Positions 50,593 to 60,340 of a stretch of 64,000 nucleotides of DNA are shown piece by piece (position 1 is the stretch's first letter; every line of letters starts with the position of its first letter). The notes beneath the pieces were generated by a model. That model was not told the DNA's origin. It did not search any database and was given only the letters and a program-made list of their open reading frames with translations. This DNA comes from Spirochaetia bacterium (GTDB lineage: Bacteria > Spirochaetota > Spirochaetia > CADAEX01): the NCBI GenBank assembly GCA_963662795.1, contig OY759746.1, forward strand, positions 3,328,001 to 3,392,000. Direction: 5' to 3'. The position numbers were made by a program, and so were the translations under genes.

Positions 50593-52404
50593 ATGTCAAA
50601 AAAGAAAAATATATTTATTTTAAAAAGGTTGTCGCCTTATATGGGCAGGAAGAAAGTCCTTCTGCCGTTGTCACTAGTATTATCAGGAATTTCCGCAGTT
50701 CTTAACATTGTTCCTTTTGTGCTTGTATGGTTTATAACACGTGGTATATTGTTGGTTCCACAAGCGGTTGATGTTACTGATATCAGTTTTTATGCATGGT
50801 TCGCCTTTATAAGTGCGCTGGGAGGACTCGTAGTATATTTCTGCGCGCTAATGAGTTCACACCTTGCGGCCTTTCATGTAGAGGTTGGAATGCAAAAAAT
50901 CGGTATGAAAAAGGTTCTATCCATGCCGCTTGGCTTTTTTGATAAGTATTCAAGCGGAAAAATACGAAAAATCGTAAACGACGGAGCGGGTACAACGCAT
51001 ACGTTCCTGGCGCACCAGCTCCCGGATATGGCAGGCAGCATCATTTCTCCTGTAGTTCTAATAGCATTGATTTTTATCGTGGACTGGAGAATGGGGCTTG
51101 CGTCACTTGTCCCCATTATTCTGGGATTTATAACAATGAAATTTATGACGAGCACCAAAGGCAAGAGCTTTCAACAAATGTATTATGATTCTTTAGAGGA
51201 AATGAGTTCCGAATCTGTGGAATATATCCGCGGAATTCCAGTCGTAAAGACATTCGGTCAAACAATATTTTCTTTCAAACGGTTTTATAAAAGTATCATG
51301 AAGTATAAGGAAATGGTTCTTGCATATACTCTTCTTTGGCGAAAACCGATGTCGTTTTATACTGTAGTTATGCAGGCGGCTGCATATTTTTTAATTCCAA
51401 TGGCTATATTTTTAATCGGAAGGGGAGAAAACATTCCTCTTGTGTTGTCCGATTTTATTTTTTACATTCTGATATCGCCAATCTTTACTGTACTTTTAAT
51501 GAAATCGATGTATTTTCGGCAAAATGCTTTGATTGCGGGGCAGGCGATTGATAGACTGGACAACCTTCTGGATTATCCAGGTATGTATTATATCAAAAAC
51601 ACAATGACCATTAAAAATCACAGTCTGGAGTTTAAAGATGTTGTGTTTTTATATGAAGGAAGCAACAAACGTGCGATAGATAAAATAAGTTTTAAATTGA
51701 ATGAAGGTGAAACTGTCGCACTTGTCGGATCTTCGGGCGGTGGAAAAACGACAATTGCCCGGCTGGCTGCCCGCTTCTGGGATGTGGCCGAAGGTGAAGT
51801 CCTGGTTGGAGGAGTAAACGTCAAGGATATTCCCAAGAAAGAACTGATGAACAATATCTCTTTCGTGTTCCAAAGCACAAAGCTGTTCAAAGGATCATTA
51901 AGAGAGAATATTATTTTCGGAAAGGAAGACATCGGAGAAGAAGAAATAAATCAGGCAATTGATTCCTCCCAGTCAAGAGAAATTATAGAAAACTTACAGG
52001 ATGGGCTTGACACGGTAATCGGATCGAAAGGGACCTATCTTTCCGGGGGAGAACAGCAGCGAATTGCCCTTGCCAGAGCCATGGTCAAAAATGCCCCAAT
52101 TGTTCTTTTGGATGAGGCCACTGCCTTTGCTGACCCGGAAAATGAACATTTAATTCAAAAAGCCCTTAAGGAGCTTAGTCACGGAAAGACAACGCTAATG
52201 ATTGCTCATCGTCTAACCAGCGTACAAAATGTCGACAGAATTCTGGTCATTGAAGGAGGAAAGATTGCGGAGCAAGGAACGCACGGGCAGCTGCTGAATA
52301 AAGGCGGTGTTTATAAGACTATGTGGGATGAATATCAGAAAACTGTTGCATGGAAGATTGCTTTCAAAGAGACAGTGAGCATAGGAGGAGTCCAAAATGC
52401 TTAA
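50593..52404 (+). CDS. ABC transporter fused permease/ATPase, IrtA/YbtP-like subunit
   Basis: SHLAAF, FLAHQLPD, VEYIRGIPVVK.F; GSSGGGKT, LSGGE.QR, LLDEAT; start at MSKKK. Confidence 0.92.
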   Translation: MSKKKNIFILKRLSPYMGRKKVLLPLSLVLSGISAVLNIVPFVLVWFITRGILLVPQAVDVTDISFYAWFAFISALGGLVVYFCALMSSHLAAFHVEVGMQKIGMKKVLSMPLGFFDKYSSGKIRKIVNDGAGTTHTFLAHQLPDMAGSIISPVVLIALIFIVDWRMGLASLVPIILGFITMKFMTSTKGKSFQQMYYDSLEEMSSESVEYIRGIPVVKTFGQTIFSFKRFYKSIMKYKEMVLAYTLLWRKPMSFYTVVMQAAAYFLIPMAIFLIGRGENIPLVLSDFIFYILISPIFTVLLMKSMYFRQNALIAGQAIDRLDNLLDYPGMYYIKNTMTIKNHSLEFKDVVFLYEGSNKRAIDKISFKLNEGETVALVGSSGGGKTTIARLAARFWDVAEGEVLVGGVNVKDIPKKELMNNISFVFQSTKLFKGSLRENIIFGKEDIGEEEINQAIDSSQSREIIENLQDGLDTVIGSKGTYLSGGEQQRIALARAMVKNAPIVLLDEATAFADPENEHLIQKALKELSHGKTTLMIAHRLTSVQNVDRILVIEGGKIAEQGTHGQLLNKGGVYKTMWDEYQKTVAWKIAFKETVSIGGVQNA

Positions 52405-54136
52405 ATACTTTCAAAATAAATATGCTTTGTCTGAAAAAGGCGCAAAAGACTTTTTACGCTCAATTATCTGGACTGTAGTAATGGACATCAGCTTTATGAT
52501 CCCGGTAATTCTTAGTTTTAAATTTTTAAATGAGCATATGAGTTCACTTTTAAACGATTCCGGTAATTTCACAAACAGCATTCTCTACTATGTAATTATG
52601 TCTGTAGCGTTTTTCCTTCTTATGTTTGTTATCGCATATTTTCAATACGACTCGACCTATACAAAGATTTATGAAGAAAGTGCTCTTCGAAGGATTAGCC
52701 TGGCTGAAACACTTAGAAAGCTGCCGCTGGCTTTTTTCGGTAAAAAGGATATTTCAGATTTAAGCTCAACAATTATGGAAGATACAACACAGATTGAACA
52801 GCTTTTTTCTCATTCAGTTCCACAAATTTATGCGGCGGTAGCGACAACTATACTAATGGGTGTGATGATGTTTTTTTACAACTGGAAGCTGTCTCTTGCC
52901 GTCTTTTGGGTAGTTCCGGTTGCCATCCTGGTTTTTTACCTGTCGAGAAAGTTTCAGAACAGGGTACATTCAGAACTATACAATAAAAAAAGGGATATCT
53001 CTGATGAAATTCAGGAGGGGCTTGATTCGGCTCATGAAATAAAAGCCTATAACAGAGAAGATGATTATTCTGATAACATAAACTCAAGCTTGAATAATTA
53101 CGAAAAGTCCTTGATTAAAGGAGAGCTTTTACTAGGTGCATTTATCAACCTGTCTTATGTATTCTTAAAGCTTGGGCTTCCAGGTGTCATCCTGGCCGGT
53201 GCTTATCTTTTAGCGACCGGCTCCGTGAATGTTTTTACCTACCTTGTTTTTCTTGTTATTGCTGCACGTCTCTATAATCCAATAATGCAGGCGCTGGATA
53301 ATTTTGCGGCACTAATATATCTGAATGTGCGTATAAAACGCATGAAAGAAATGGATGCCCTGCCGCGGCAGGATGGAAAATCTGTGATTTATCCTGAAAA
53401 CTACGATATCAAGTTCAATAACGTTGACTTTTCTTATCAGAATGGGGTGCAGATATTGAAGAATGTAAGCTTTATAGCCAGGCAGGGCGAGGTGACGGCG
53501 CTTGTCGGCCCTTCCGGCGGCGGGAAAAGCACTGTCGCTAAATTATCCGCAAGATTCTGGGATATAGACAAAGGTGTTATCACCCTGGGCGGAGAAGACA
53601 TCTCACTGGTTGATCCGGAAACCCTTCTGAATAATTTTTCAATAGTTTTTCAGGATGTTACACTGTTTAATTCAAGTGTTATGGAGAATATCCGTCTCGG
53701 AAAGAAAGGAGCCTCAGATGAAGAGGTAATAAATGCAGCGCAGCTTGCCCAATGCGATGAGTTTGTTAAAAAGCTTCCGCAAGGATATGATACCTTGATA
53801 GGAGAAAACGGAGAAAAATTATCCGGGGGCGAAAGGCAGCGTATATCAATAGCCAGGGCAATGCTGAAAGATGCGCCGATAATCCTGCTGGATGAGGCCA
53901 CGGCATCGCTTGATGCGGAAAATGAAAGTAAAATTCAAAGTGCTCTCAGCGAACTTATAAAAAACAAAACTGTCCTGATTATTGCTCACCGTATGAGAAC
54001 AGTTTCCGGAGCTGATAAAATTGTTGTTATAAAAGGCGGTACTATCGCTGAAACAGGAACACCTCAGGAATTAAAAGAAAAACAGGGAATCTTTTCATCG
54101 ATGTTAAGGACACAATATAGAGTGAACCAGCTTTAA
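52397..54136 (+). CDS. ABC transporter fused permease/ATPase, IrtB/YbtQ-like subunit
   Basis: RI.LAE.LRKLPL.FF.K.D.SDL, SH.VPQ; GPSGGGKS, LSGGERQR, DEATASLD. Confidence 0.92.
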   Translation: MLKYFQNKYALSEKGAKDFLRSIIWTVVMDISFMIPVILSFKFLNEHMSSLLNDSGNFTNSILYYVIMSVAFFLLMFVIAYFQYDSTYTKIYEESALRRISLAETLRKLPLAFFGKKDISDLSSTIMEDTTQIEQLFSHSVPQIYAAVATTILMGVMMFFYNWKLSLAVFWVVPVAILVFYLSRKFQNRVHSELYNKKRDISDEIQEGLDSAHEIKAYNREDDYSDNINSSLNNYEKSLIKGELLLGAFINLSYVFLKLGLPGVILAGAYLLATGSVNVFTYLVFLVIAARLYNPIMQALDNFAALIYLNVRIKRMKEMDALPRQDGKSVIYPENYDIKFNNVDFSYQNGVQILKNVSFIARQGEVTALVGPSGGGKSTVAKLSARFWDIDKGVITLGGEDISLVDPETLLNNFSIVFQDVTLFNSSVMENIRLGKKGASDEEVINAAQLAQCDEFVKKLPQGYDTLIGENGEKLSGGERQRISIARAMLKDAPIILLDEATASLDAENESKIQSALSELIKNKTVLIIAHRMRTVSGADKIVVIKGGTIAETGTPQELKEKQGIFSSMLRTQYRVNQL

Positions 54137-54165
54137 TGATAAATTACTGTCTTAAAGTAGGTTGT

Positions 54166-54422
54166 ATGATTGTTTTAGTGTTCCACTCACTGGGGCGGGG
54201 TGAAGTTAGTTGGGTTTAATGGCTTTCCATTGAACTGGATGTTACTATTGAGGTTATAGAATCAATGGTTAGTAAACTTTTATCTATAGGATATCTGGAA
54301 TGACAGAATGCGGTGATGATTATGATTGTCACTGCAGGGAAGGATTGCACACCTTTGTTCTCATTTAGTAGGGGTGTTCTGCTGTGAAAGATAATGATAA
54401 TTCGATTATTAAAAGGAAATGA
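54166..54422 (+). pseudogene. Decayed second FeoC-like gene (not in the ORF track)
   Basis: MIVLVFHSLGRGEVSWV*WLSIELDVTIEVIESMVSKLLSIGYLE aligns without gaps to 47972-48238; after a frameshift C.....C.C..FVLI**G matches the Cys cluster and WELTDKG. Confidence 0.65.
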
Positions 54423-54423
54423 T

Positions 54424-55239
54424 ATGGAACAAAAAATCAGTATTAAGAAAGGTAATGTTCAGGAAACTCTTTTGCTACCTTTGTGGGGAAGAGCAGTTGA
54501 AACTCAAAAAGTGAAACCACGAATGATTGACGAAAAGGCTGTTGAAATTATTGGCAGACTTGATTACGATTTTTCAGCTATAAACAAAACTCAATCCATG
54601 TCACAACATGGATGGATAGCAAGAAGCCTGCATATTGACAGGATGGTTCTTGAATTTATAAAGAAACATCCGAAGGGCACAGTTATTAATATTGGCTGCG
54701 GCCTGGATACGACCTTTGGCCGTGTTGATAATGGCAAGATATTATTTTACGAACTTGATCTGCCTGATGTTGTTGAACTTCGAAAACATTTTTTTAAAGA
54801 GAGTGAAAGACATAAAAGTATTGCTTCTTCATTTCTTGATACAGAATGGTTTGATAAGATAGAAGTTAATGACAGTTTGTTATGCATAGCCGGCGGAGTG
54901 CTCTATTATGTTTCAGAAGAAGAAATAAAAAAGTTTTTCGTTTTAATGGCAAACTATTTTGGAAAGTGTGATTTTTACTTTGATTCTTTGTCTCCCATGG
55001 CAATAAAAATTGCAACGAAAAAAGTGTTAGAATCCGGAGGAATGGACAGTACTTCTACTGTCGGCTGGGGACTAAAACCTGTACAATCCATCGAAAAATG
55101 GGATAAAAGGTTTAAAGTAATAACTGCAATACCAATGTATAGAGGAATGAAAAAAGGACTTCCTTTGTCGACTAAAATAATGTTAACCATTCCCGATATA
55201 CTCGGTATATGTTCAATGGTGCATATGAGAATGGAGTAA
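54424..55239 (+). CDS. SAM-dependent methyltransferase, LCM/TcmP O-methyltransferase type
   Basis: VQETLL.PLWGRA.E, VINIGCGLDT, ELDLP.V...R; start at MEQK. Confidence 0.9.
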   Translation: MEQKISIKKGNVQETLLLPLWGRAVETQKVKPRMIDEKAVEIIGRLDYDFSAINKTQSMSQHGWIARSLHIDRMVLEFIKKHPKGTVINIGCGLDTTFGRVDNGKILFYELDLPDVVELRKHFFKESERHKSIASSFLDTEWFDKIEVNDSLLCIAGGVLYYVSEEEIKKFFVLMANYFGKCDFYFDSLSPMAIKIATKKVLESGGMDSTSTVGWGLKPVQSIEKWDKRFKVITAIPMYRGMKKGLPLSTKIMLTIPDILGICSMVHMRME

Positions 55240-55421
55240 AGATGTGCCAGAATTATAAATCGGATTATGGAACGTTTTGATTGGAGGAATTCTCTTCCTG
55301 ATTATAATTTGAAGACTGGAAAGTAATAATTTAGGGATAAAGGGTTTTGCACTGAAAGTTTAAATGGGGGAAGATCTTCGGAGTCAGCAGCTCATACAAT
55401 TTAAGCATAAGGGGATGTTTC

Positions 55422-56039
55422 ATGGGTTTAACAAAAAAACGAAAAGATTTTATAGATAGAACAGCCCGAAAACCTCACGGGAAGAATGCCATAAAAAACT
55501 ACAACGAACCGAAAGCTCATTATAAAGGTTTTCAGATTATTCTGGAAAAGCTAAATCTGAGCTCGCAGGATAAATATTTTGAAATTGGATGTGGTGGTGG
55601 AGTGCTTCTTAAAATGGTTCTGGAAAAAGTTAACTTCTGTGCAGCAATAGATCACAGTTGTGATATGGTTCAATTGTCCATCAAAAACAACAGGCAGGCT
55701 GTAGAGAACGGACGGGCAGAAGTAGTTTGTGGGGACGCAGTAAAACTGCCATGGGAGGATAATACTTTCACTGCCGGGGCAAGTGCAAACATGTTCTTTT
55801 TTATTGAACAGCCTCAGGTAGTTTTATTTGAGATATTTCGTGTTCTTAAACCCGGAGGCCGCTTTGTTATGGTAACAATGGGAAAGGGATTGTTGGGTAA
55901 AATTACATTCGGATGGCTTTATTCACTGCGAACATATTCAAATAAAGAGATGAAATCCATGTTGATGGCAGCCGGATTCTGTAATATAGATATAAAAACC
56001 AGATTCTCTCAAATATGCTGCTGTGAGAAACCGTTATGA
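55422..56039 (+). CDS. Class I SAM-dependent methyltransferase (UbiE-like)
   Basis: EIGCGGG, IDHS, GDA..LPW.D..F, RVLKPGG. Confidence 0.9.
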   Translation: MGLTKKRKDFIDRTARKPHGKNAIKNYNEPKAHYKGFQIILEKLNLSSQDKYFEIGCGGGVLLKMVLEKVNFCAAIDHSCDMVQLSIKNNRQAVENGRAEVVCGDAVKLPWEDNTFTAGASANMFFFIEQPQVVLFEIFRVLKPGGRFVMVTMGKGLLGKITFGWLYSLRTYSNKEMKSMLMAAGFCNIDIKTRFSQICCCEKPL

Positions 56040-56677
56040 GAAAATCGGCAGCTGAACGGGCAGTAAAGGAACGGAAGTTCTGGGATAAATTTGCCAGAAA
56101 GTATGATGGATGTATACATGAAAATGCTTCTGTTACTTATGAAATACTTTCCGATACTGTAAAGGCAAAAAACCTGCTGGAAATTGCGACTGGAACAGGA
56201 ATAATGGCACTAAAATTAAGTAGCCGGATTTCAAAAATAACAGCTGTTGATCTATCTCCTGAAATGATAAAAATTGCAGAAGAGAAGAGGAACGCAGAAT
56301 TAATAAAAAATATTGATTTTAAGGTTGGGGATTCCTGCAGTCTTGAGTTTAAGGATAGCTCTTTTGACACAATAATAGCTGTAAATCTTTTACATCTTCT
56401 GTTTGATCCTGATCTGGCCTTACAGGAGATGAAAAGGGTGCTTGAAGATAATGGGCAGATAATCATTCCGACTTATTGTCATGGAGAGAGTTTTAAAAGT
56501 CATATTATATCAAGGCTAATGTCGCTCGCCGGTTTTAGAGCAAGAAGCAGGTGGTCAGTCACTTCTTTTAAAGTTTTCGTTGAGAGAAGCGGATTTGAAA
56601 TAATTAAAGAGATTGTAATTGATGGTCCTATCCCTCTGGTATATCTGGTTGTGATGAAAAAAGATCTGCATTCTTAA
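56036..56677 (+). CDS. Class I SAM-dependent methyltransferase
   Basis: FWD..A..YD, LEIATGTG, VDLSPEM, FD....N.LH, IPTYCH. Confidence 0.9.
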   Translation: MRKSAAERAVKERKFWDKFARKYDGCIHENASVTYEILSDTVKAKNLLEIATGTGIMALKLSSRISKITAVDLSPEMIKIAEEKRNAELIKNIDFKVGDSCSLEFKDSSFDTIIAVNLLHLLFDPDLALQEMKRVLEDNGQIIIPTYCHGESFKSHIISRLMSLAGFRARSRWSVTSFKVFVERSGFEIIKEIVIDGPIPLVYLVVMKKDLHS

Positions 56678-56793
56678 GGAATTTATGAAAAAGGATGAGG
56701 GTGAATAGTCAAAGGAACAAGAAGAATTTTTTTATATTCAGCAGGTTATGCCTGATTTATTAAATACATGTTTACAGGAGAGGTTGAAAAATA

Positions 56794-57822
56794 ATGAATA
56801 TACCTGTTTTAGAAACCAGTTTTAACGGATTAAACAATTTACTGTATAAAAGTTATTTACCAAAAATAATAAATACTGCCGTGGATGCAGGATTTTTTGA
56901 AGAGCTGTCAAATACTCCAATGAATTTTTCCATACTGTCTGGAAAAACAGGGACAGATGAAAGAATAACGGAAGCTTTGCTTGATGTAATGACTGCTATA
57001 AATTTACTGGAGAAAACAGATGGCAAATACAGGCTTTCATTTTTGGCAAAAGATTTCTTGCTAAAAGACTCTGCAGTGAATCAAGCAGCCGCTTTCAAAA
57101 TGTTTTCAGGTTCAGCAGGTCCTTTTGATAATCTCGGTGAAGTTTTAAAAAACGGACCATCTGAGTTTAATCAGAAGATGTGGAGTTCCAGAGAAGCCGC
57201 AGCAGGAATGGAGGAGGGAGCAAAAGGGGGACTTTTGCAGTCAGTTGTTTCTTTTATAAAAGATATCCCTGAATTTAAACTATGTACCAGGATGTGTGAT
57301 TTCGCAGGAAATACAGGATACTATTCTCTTGCATTAATGGATGAAAACAGTAAACTCAAATCCTGTGTCTATGATTTACCTGAAGTTTGTAAAATAGCTG
57401 AGGAGTTGAGAGAAAAAGAGATTAATAGAGGAAGAATCACTTTCCACAGCGGGAATTTAATTGAAAAAAGTTCGTTCGGAAGTGACTATGATCTGTTTTT
57501 CTGTTCCCATTTTTTATATGAATTTGCTGCTAAAAACAACCTTTCTGTATTCCTGAAAAAGGTTAACAGATCTATGAAGCATGGCGGTTTATTTGTTTCA
57601 AGCCATATTTCTCCGGCTTCCGCCGGGGAAAATTATTTAACCCTTACTATTGTTGAACTTATTACCCGGTGTATGGGATATCCGACCCATCAAATATCTG
57701 AAATGACTATGAAGAAGTCATTAAATGAAGCTGGTTTTGGAAAATTCAGGATAAAACAACTTGATAAAGAGGCCTCAATTCCAACACTTCTTCTCTCCGC
57801 TGTAAAAATAAATGAGGAATAA
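56794..57822 (+). CDS. O-methyltransferase family 2 (dimerisation HTH + methyltransferase)
   Basis: N-terminal wHTH, DFAGNTGYY, VYDLP, YDL.F.SH.LY, GG.FVS.H. Confidence 0.85.
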   Translation: MNIPVLETSFNGLNNLLYKSYLPKIINTAVDAGFFEELSNTPMNFSILSGKTGTDERITEALLDVMTAINLLEKTDGKYRLSFLAKDFLLKDSAVNQAAAFKMFSGSAGPFDNLGEVLKNGPSEFNQKMWSSREAAAGMEEGAKGGLLQSVVSFIKDIPEFKLCTRMCDFAGNTGYYSLALMDENSKLKSCVYDLPEVCKIAEELREKEINRGRITFHSGNLIEKSSFGSDYDLFFCSHFLYEFAAKNNLSVFLKKVNRSMKHGGLFVSSHISPASAGENYLTLTIVELITRCMGYPTHQISEMTMKKSLNEAGFGKFRIKQLDKEASIPTLLLSAVKINEE

Positions 57823-57835
57823 ATAGAAGGAAATT

Positions 57836-58183
57836 ATGTTAAAAGAATTATTTATTGCAGGAGTTTCATTCGGCCTTTTTGTGGTATGTCCGAGAATGGC
57901 GGGGATGATGCATATAATAAATAAACATACAAATGTTTCCATGTTGATAACAGTTTTACTGGGAGTTCTCATTTCAATACCAATCCTGTTATTGATGGTT
58001 TTTACTTTTTCAAAATTTGGAGTTTGGGGAGCTCTGAGTGTCTGCGTTTTAACAGATCTGGGAGCTGCTCTGGTTATGAAAGAAATCAGCATGAGAGCCG
58101 GTTTTGAAACATTTGTTATTGCCGTTTTTGTTATTATTGGGGTAAAAATAGCTCCATTGCTGAGTAAGTTGATAATAAAATAG
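57836..58183 (+). CDS. Small multi-pass membrane protein of unknown function
   Basis: 115 aa, about 4 TM helices, VCPRMAG motif, AAGGA RBS. Confidence 0.75.
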   Translation: MLKELFIAGVSFGLFVVCPRMAGMMHIINKHTNVSMLITVLLGVLISIPILLLMVFTFSKFGVWGALSVCVLTDLGAALVMKEISMRAGFETFVIAVFVIIGVKIAPLLSKLIIK

Positions 58184-58222
58184 AAAATACAGAAAGGATT
58201 TTTTAAGCCGGTGTAACACTGA

Positions 58223-58264
58223 TTGACACAATACTTATGATGGTTAATAATGAATGAAAATTCA
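58223..58264 (+). promoter_or_regulatory. Sigma70 promoter and operator TGAATGAAAATTCA of second tetR
   Basis: TTGACA 58223, -10-like TAATAAT ~58245-58251, palindrome 58251-58264 repeated at 58882. Confidence 0.7.
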
Positions 58265-58282
58265 AAATTGGGAGATCAACCT

Positions 58283-58864
58283 GTGCCGCAGGTGTTAAAA
58301 GAAGAGATAAGGGAAAAAATAATGAAATCTGCTCTTGGTGAATTTTATGGAAAGGGATTCAAGTCTGCTACCATGAAAGACATTGCTTCAGCCGCCGGAA
58401 TTCCTACAGGGCTGATCTACTCATATTTTAAAAGCAAGGAGGATCTGCTTGAAAAAATAGTGCAGCCGGTAATTTCCCTGCTTAAGGACAGTATTCTTGA
58501 TAAGCTTCCTGATAACCCGGAAAATAATTTATATAATAAGGACTTGCCCATAATTCTCCGCTGCATTGAATATTACAATATGGAGATGGTTATACTTATC
58601 GATAAAAGTGAGGGGAGCAAAGTTTTTGAAATCAAAGAGGCAATTATTGATGATGTTACACGTCATTTGAAAATAACACCAATTCTTAAAGACACTGACT
58701 TTGACGAGATTTTTTATCACATTCTTGCAACAAACTTTATGGAAGGGGTATTTGAAATTGCAAGACATTATTCCGGCAGGGGTTGGGCTGAAACCATGCT
58801 GGATCTTCTGATAAAGCAGCATCTTTATGGAATCAGTTCCCTGCTCAAAGAAAAAGGGTCATGA
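58283..58864 (+). CDS. TetR/AcrR-family regulator
   Basis: PQVLKEEIR.KI..A..EF..KGF..ATM.DIA..AGI.TGLIYSYF.SK; GTG start after GGAG. Confidence 0.93.
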   Translation: MPQVLKEEIREKIMKSALGEFYGKGFKSATMKDIASAAGIPTGLIYSYFKSKEDLLEKIVQPVISLLKDSILDKLPDNPENNLYNKDLPIILRCIEYYNMEMVILIDKSEGSKVFEIKEAIIDDVTRHLKITPILKDTDFDEIFYHILATNFMEGVFEIARHYSGRGWAETMLDLLIKQHLYGISSLLKEKGS

Positions 58865-58881
58865 TTTTTTTGCTTTAAAAC

Positions 58882-58895
58882 TGAATGTATATTCA
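58882..58895. promoter_or_regulatory. Second operator copy TGAATGTATATTCA upstream of MATE
   Basis: 12/14 identical to 58251-58264. Confidence 0.7.
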
Positions 58896-58923
58896 ATATT
58901 AAAAAATTATAAGGAAACAGATA

Positions 58924-60324
58924 ATGAATGAGAAAAGACTTCAAATGATGAGAGAAGGAAAGGTTCCAACTGTCCTTCTGAAACTGGGGATGCCCGCAAT
59001 AATAGGGATGATGACCAGTGCTTTGTACAATATTGTAGACGCATATTTTGTCGGAGGACTTGGGACAAGCCAGATGGGAGCCGTATCCATAGTCTTTCCC
59101 CTGATGATGATCATAATCGGTCTGGGACTTACCTTCGGAAGCGGTGCAGGATCCTATATATCAAGGCTTCTGGGGGAAGCAAACAGGGAGCAGGCAAACA
59201 GAACTGCATCAACAGCCCTTTTTACAAGCCTGATTATAGGAACCGTTTTTGCTGGCGGAATCCTCTTTTCCCTTGACAGGGTTCTAATTACTCTAGGTGC
59301 TACAGAAACAATACTGCCCTTTGCCAGATCTTACGCAGTGATATTTATCTCAGGAGGAATTCTTGAAATATTTAATGTCTGTATGAACAACATTGTTATT
59401 TCAGAAGGAGCTTCTAAGGTAACGATGACCTCTATGCTCCTTGCTGTTGGGCTGAACATTGTGCTGGATCCCATATTTATTTATACATTCGGGTTCGGTA
59501 TAAAGGGAGCAGCCATAGCTACAGTAATAGCGCAGGCTTCTGCATCACTTTTTTTCCTGTGGTATCTTCTGTGCAAGAAAGGGGCATTAAGAATATCAGT
59601 CGGGTATTTTACAATTAATAAAACCATCTATTCTCAGATACTGAAGATCGGTATCCCTTTATTGCTGCTTCAGTTGGCTTCAAGCGTTTCAATGGCTCTG
59701 ACAAACATGGTGGCAAAAAGTTACGGTGATACTGCTGTTGCTGCCATGGGGGTGGTCGCCCGTGTTTCTACTCTTGGGGCTTATGTTGTATTCGGATATG
59801 TCAAAGGCTTTCAGCCTCTGGCTGGCTACAGCTATGGCGCGAGAAATTATGAACGTCTTAATAAAACAATAAATATATCGTTACTATATACAACAGTCTA
59901 TTGTGTTATTGTCTCTTTAATAATGATTTTTATGCCTGAGTATATAATATCTATGTTCAGTAAGAATGATTCAGAACTGATTGCTGTTGGAACTGCAGCT
60001 CTAAGGGCTAACGGATTTATTTTTTCCGCGTTCGGGTTTCAGATGATATATTCAACTCTTTTTTTGGCTCTTGGTAAGGGAAAAGAGGGGGGAATTCTAA
60101 GTATGAGCAGACAGGGAATATTCTTTATCCCCCTTATTATAATTCTTCCCGGATTATTAGGGTTAAACGGTATAATTTACACGCAGTTGATAGCAGATGT
60201 ATTTACAGTAGTTATTACTGCGGCTTTTGCAGTAATGCTTAAGCGGGAATTGAAAGATGATGCTTTTTCCAGTCTTAATGAATCAAGGGAATTAAATATT
60301 GTTATATCTAAATATTATAATTGA
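58924..60324 (+). CDS. MATE-family efflux transporter (MepA-like)
   Basis: LYNIVDAYFVG.LG, NIVLDPIFI..FG.GI.GAAIAT, G.QP..GY.YGA. Confidence 0.95.
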   Translation: MNEKRLQMMREGKVPTVLLKLGMPAIIGMMTSALYNIVDAYFVGGLGTSQMGAVSIVFPLMMIIIGLGLTFGSGAGSYISRLLGEANREQANRTASTALFTSLIIGTVFAGGILFSLDRVLITLGATETILPFARSYAVIFISGGILEIFNVCMNNIVISEGASKVTMTSMLLAVGLNIVLDPIFIYTFGFGIKGAAIATVIAQASASLFFLWYLLCKKGALRISVGYFTINKTIYSQILKIGIPLLLLQLASSVSMALTNMVAKSYGDTAVAAMGVVARVSTLGAYVVFGYVKGFQPLAGYSYGARNYERLNKTINISLLYTTVYCVIVSLIMIFMPEYIISMFSKNDSELIAVGTAALRANGFIFSAFGFQMIYSTLFLALGKGKEGGILSMSRQGIFFIPLIIILPGLLGLNGIIYTQLIADVFTVVITAAFAVMLKRELKDDAFSSLNESRELNIVISKYYN

Positions 60325-60340
60325 ATGAAGTTGAAATATA

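Noticed and set aside
54390-54410. GATAATGATAATTCGATTATT Fur-box-like sequence
   Set aside because: Only the left 12 bases match, spacing is wrong, there is no promoter, and it lies in the tail of the feoC-like pseudogene
55240-55420. Possible remnant of a membrane-protein gene (GLWNVLIGGILFLIII*)
   Set aside because: Too short to assign; no start or family motif
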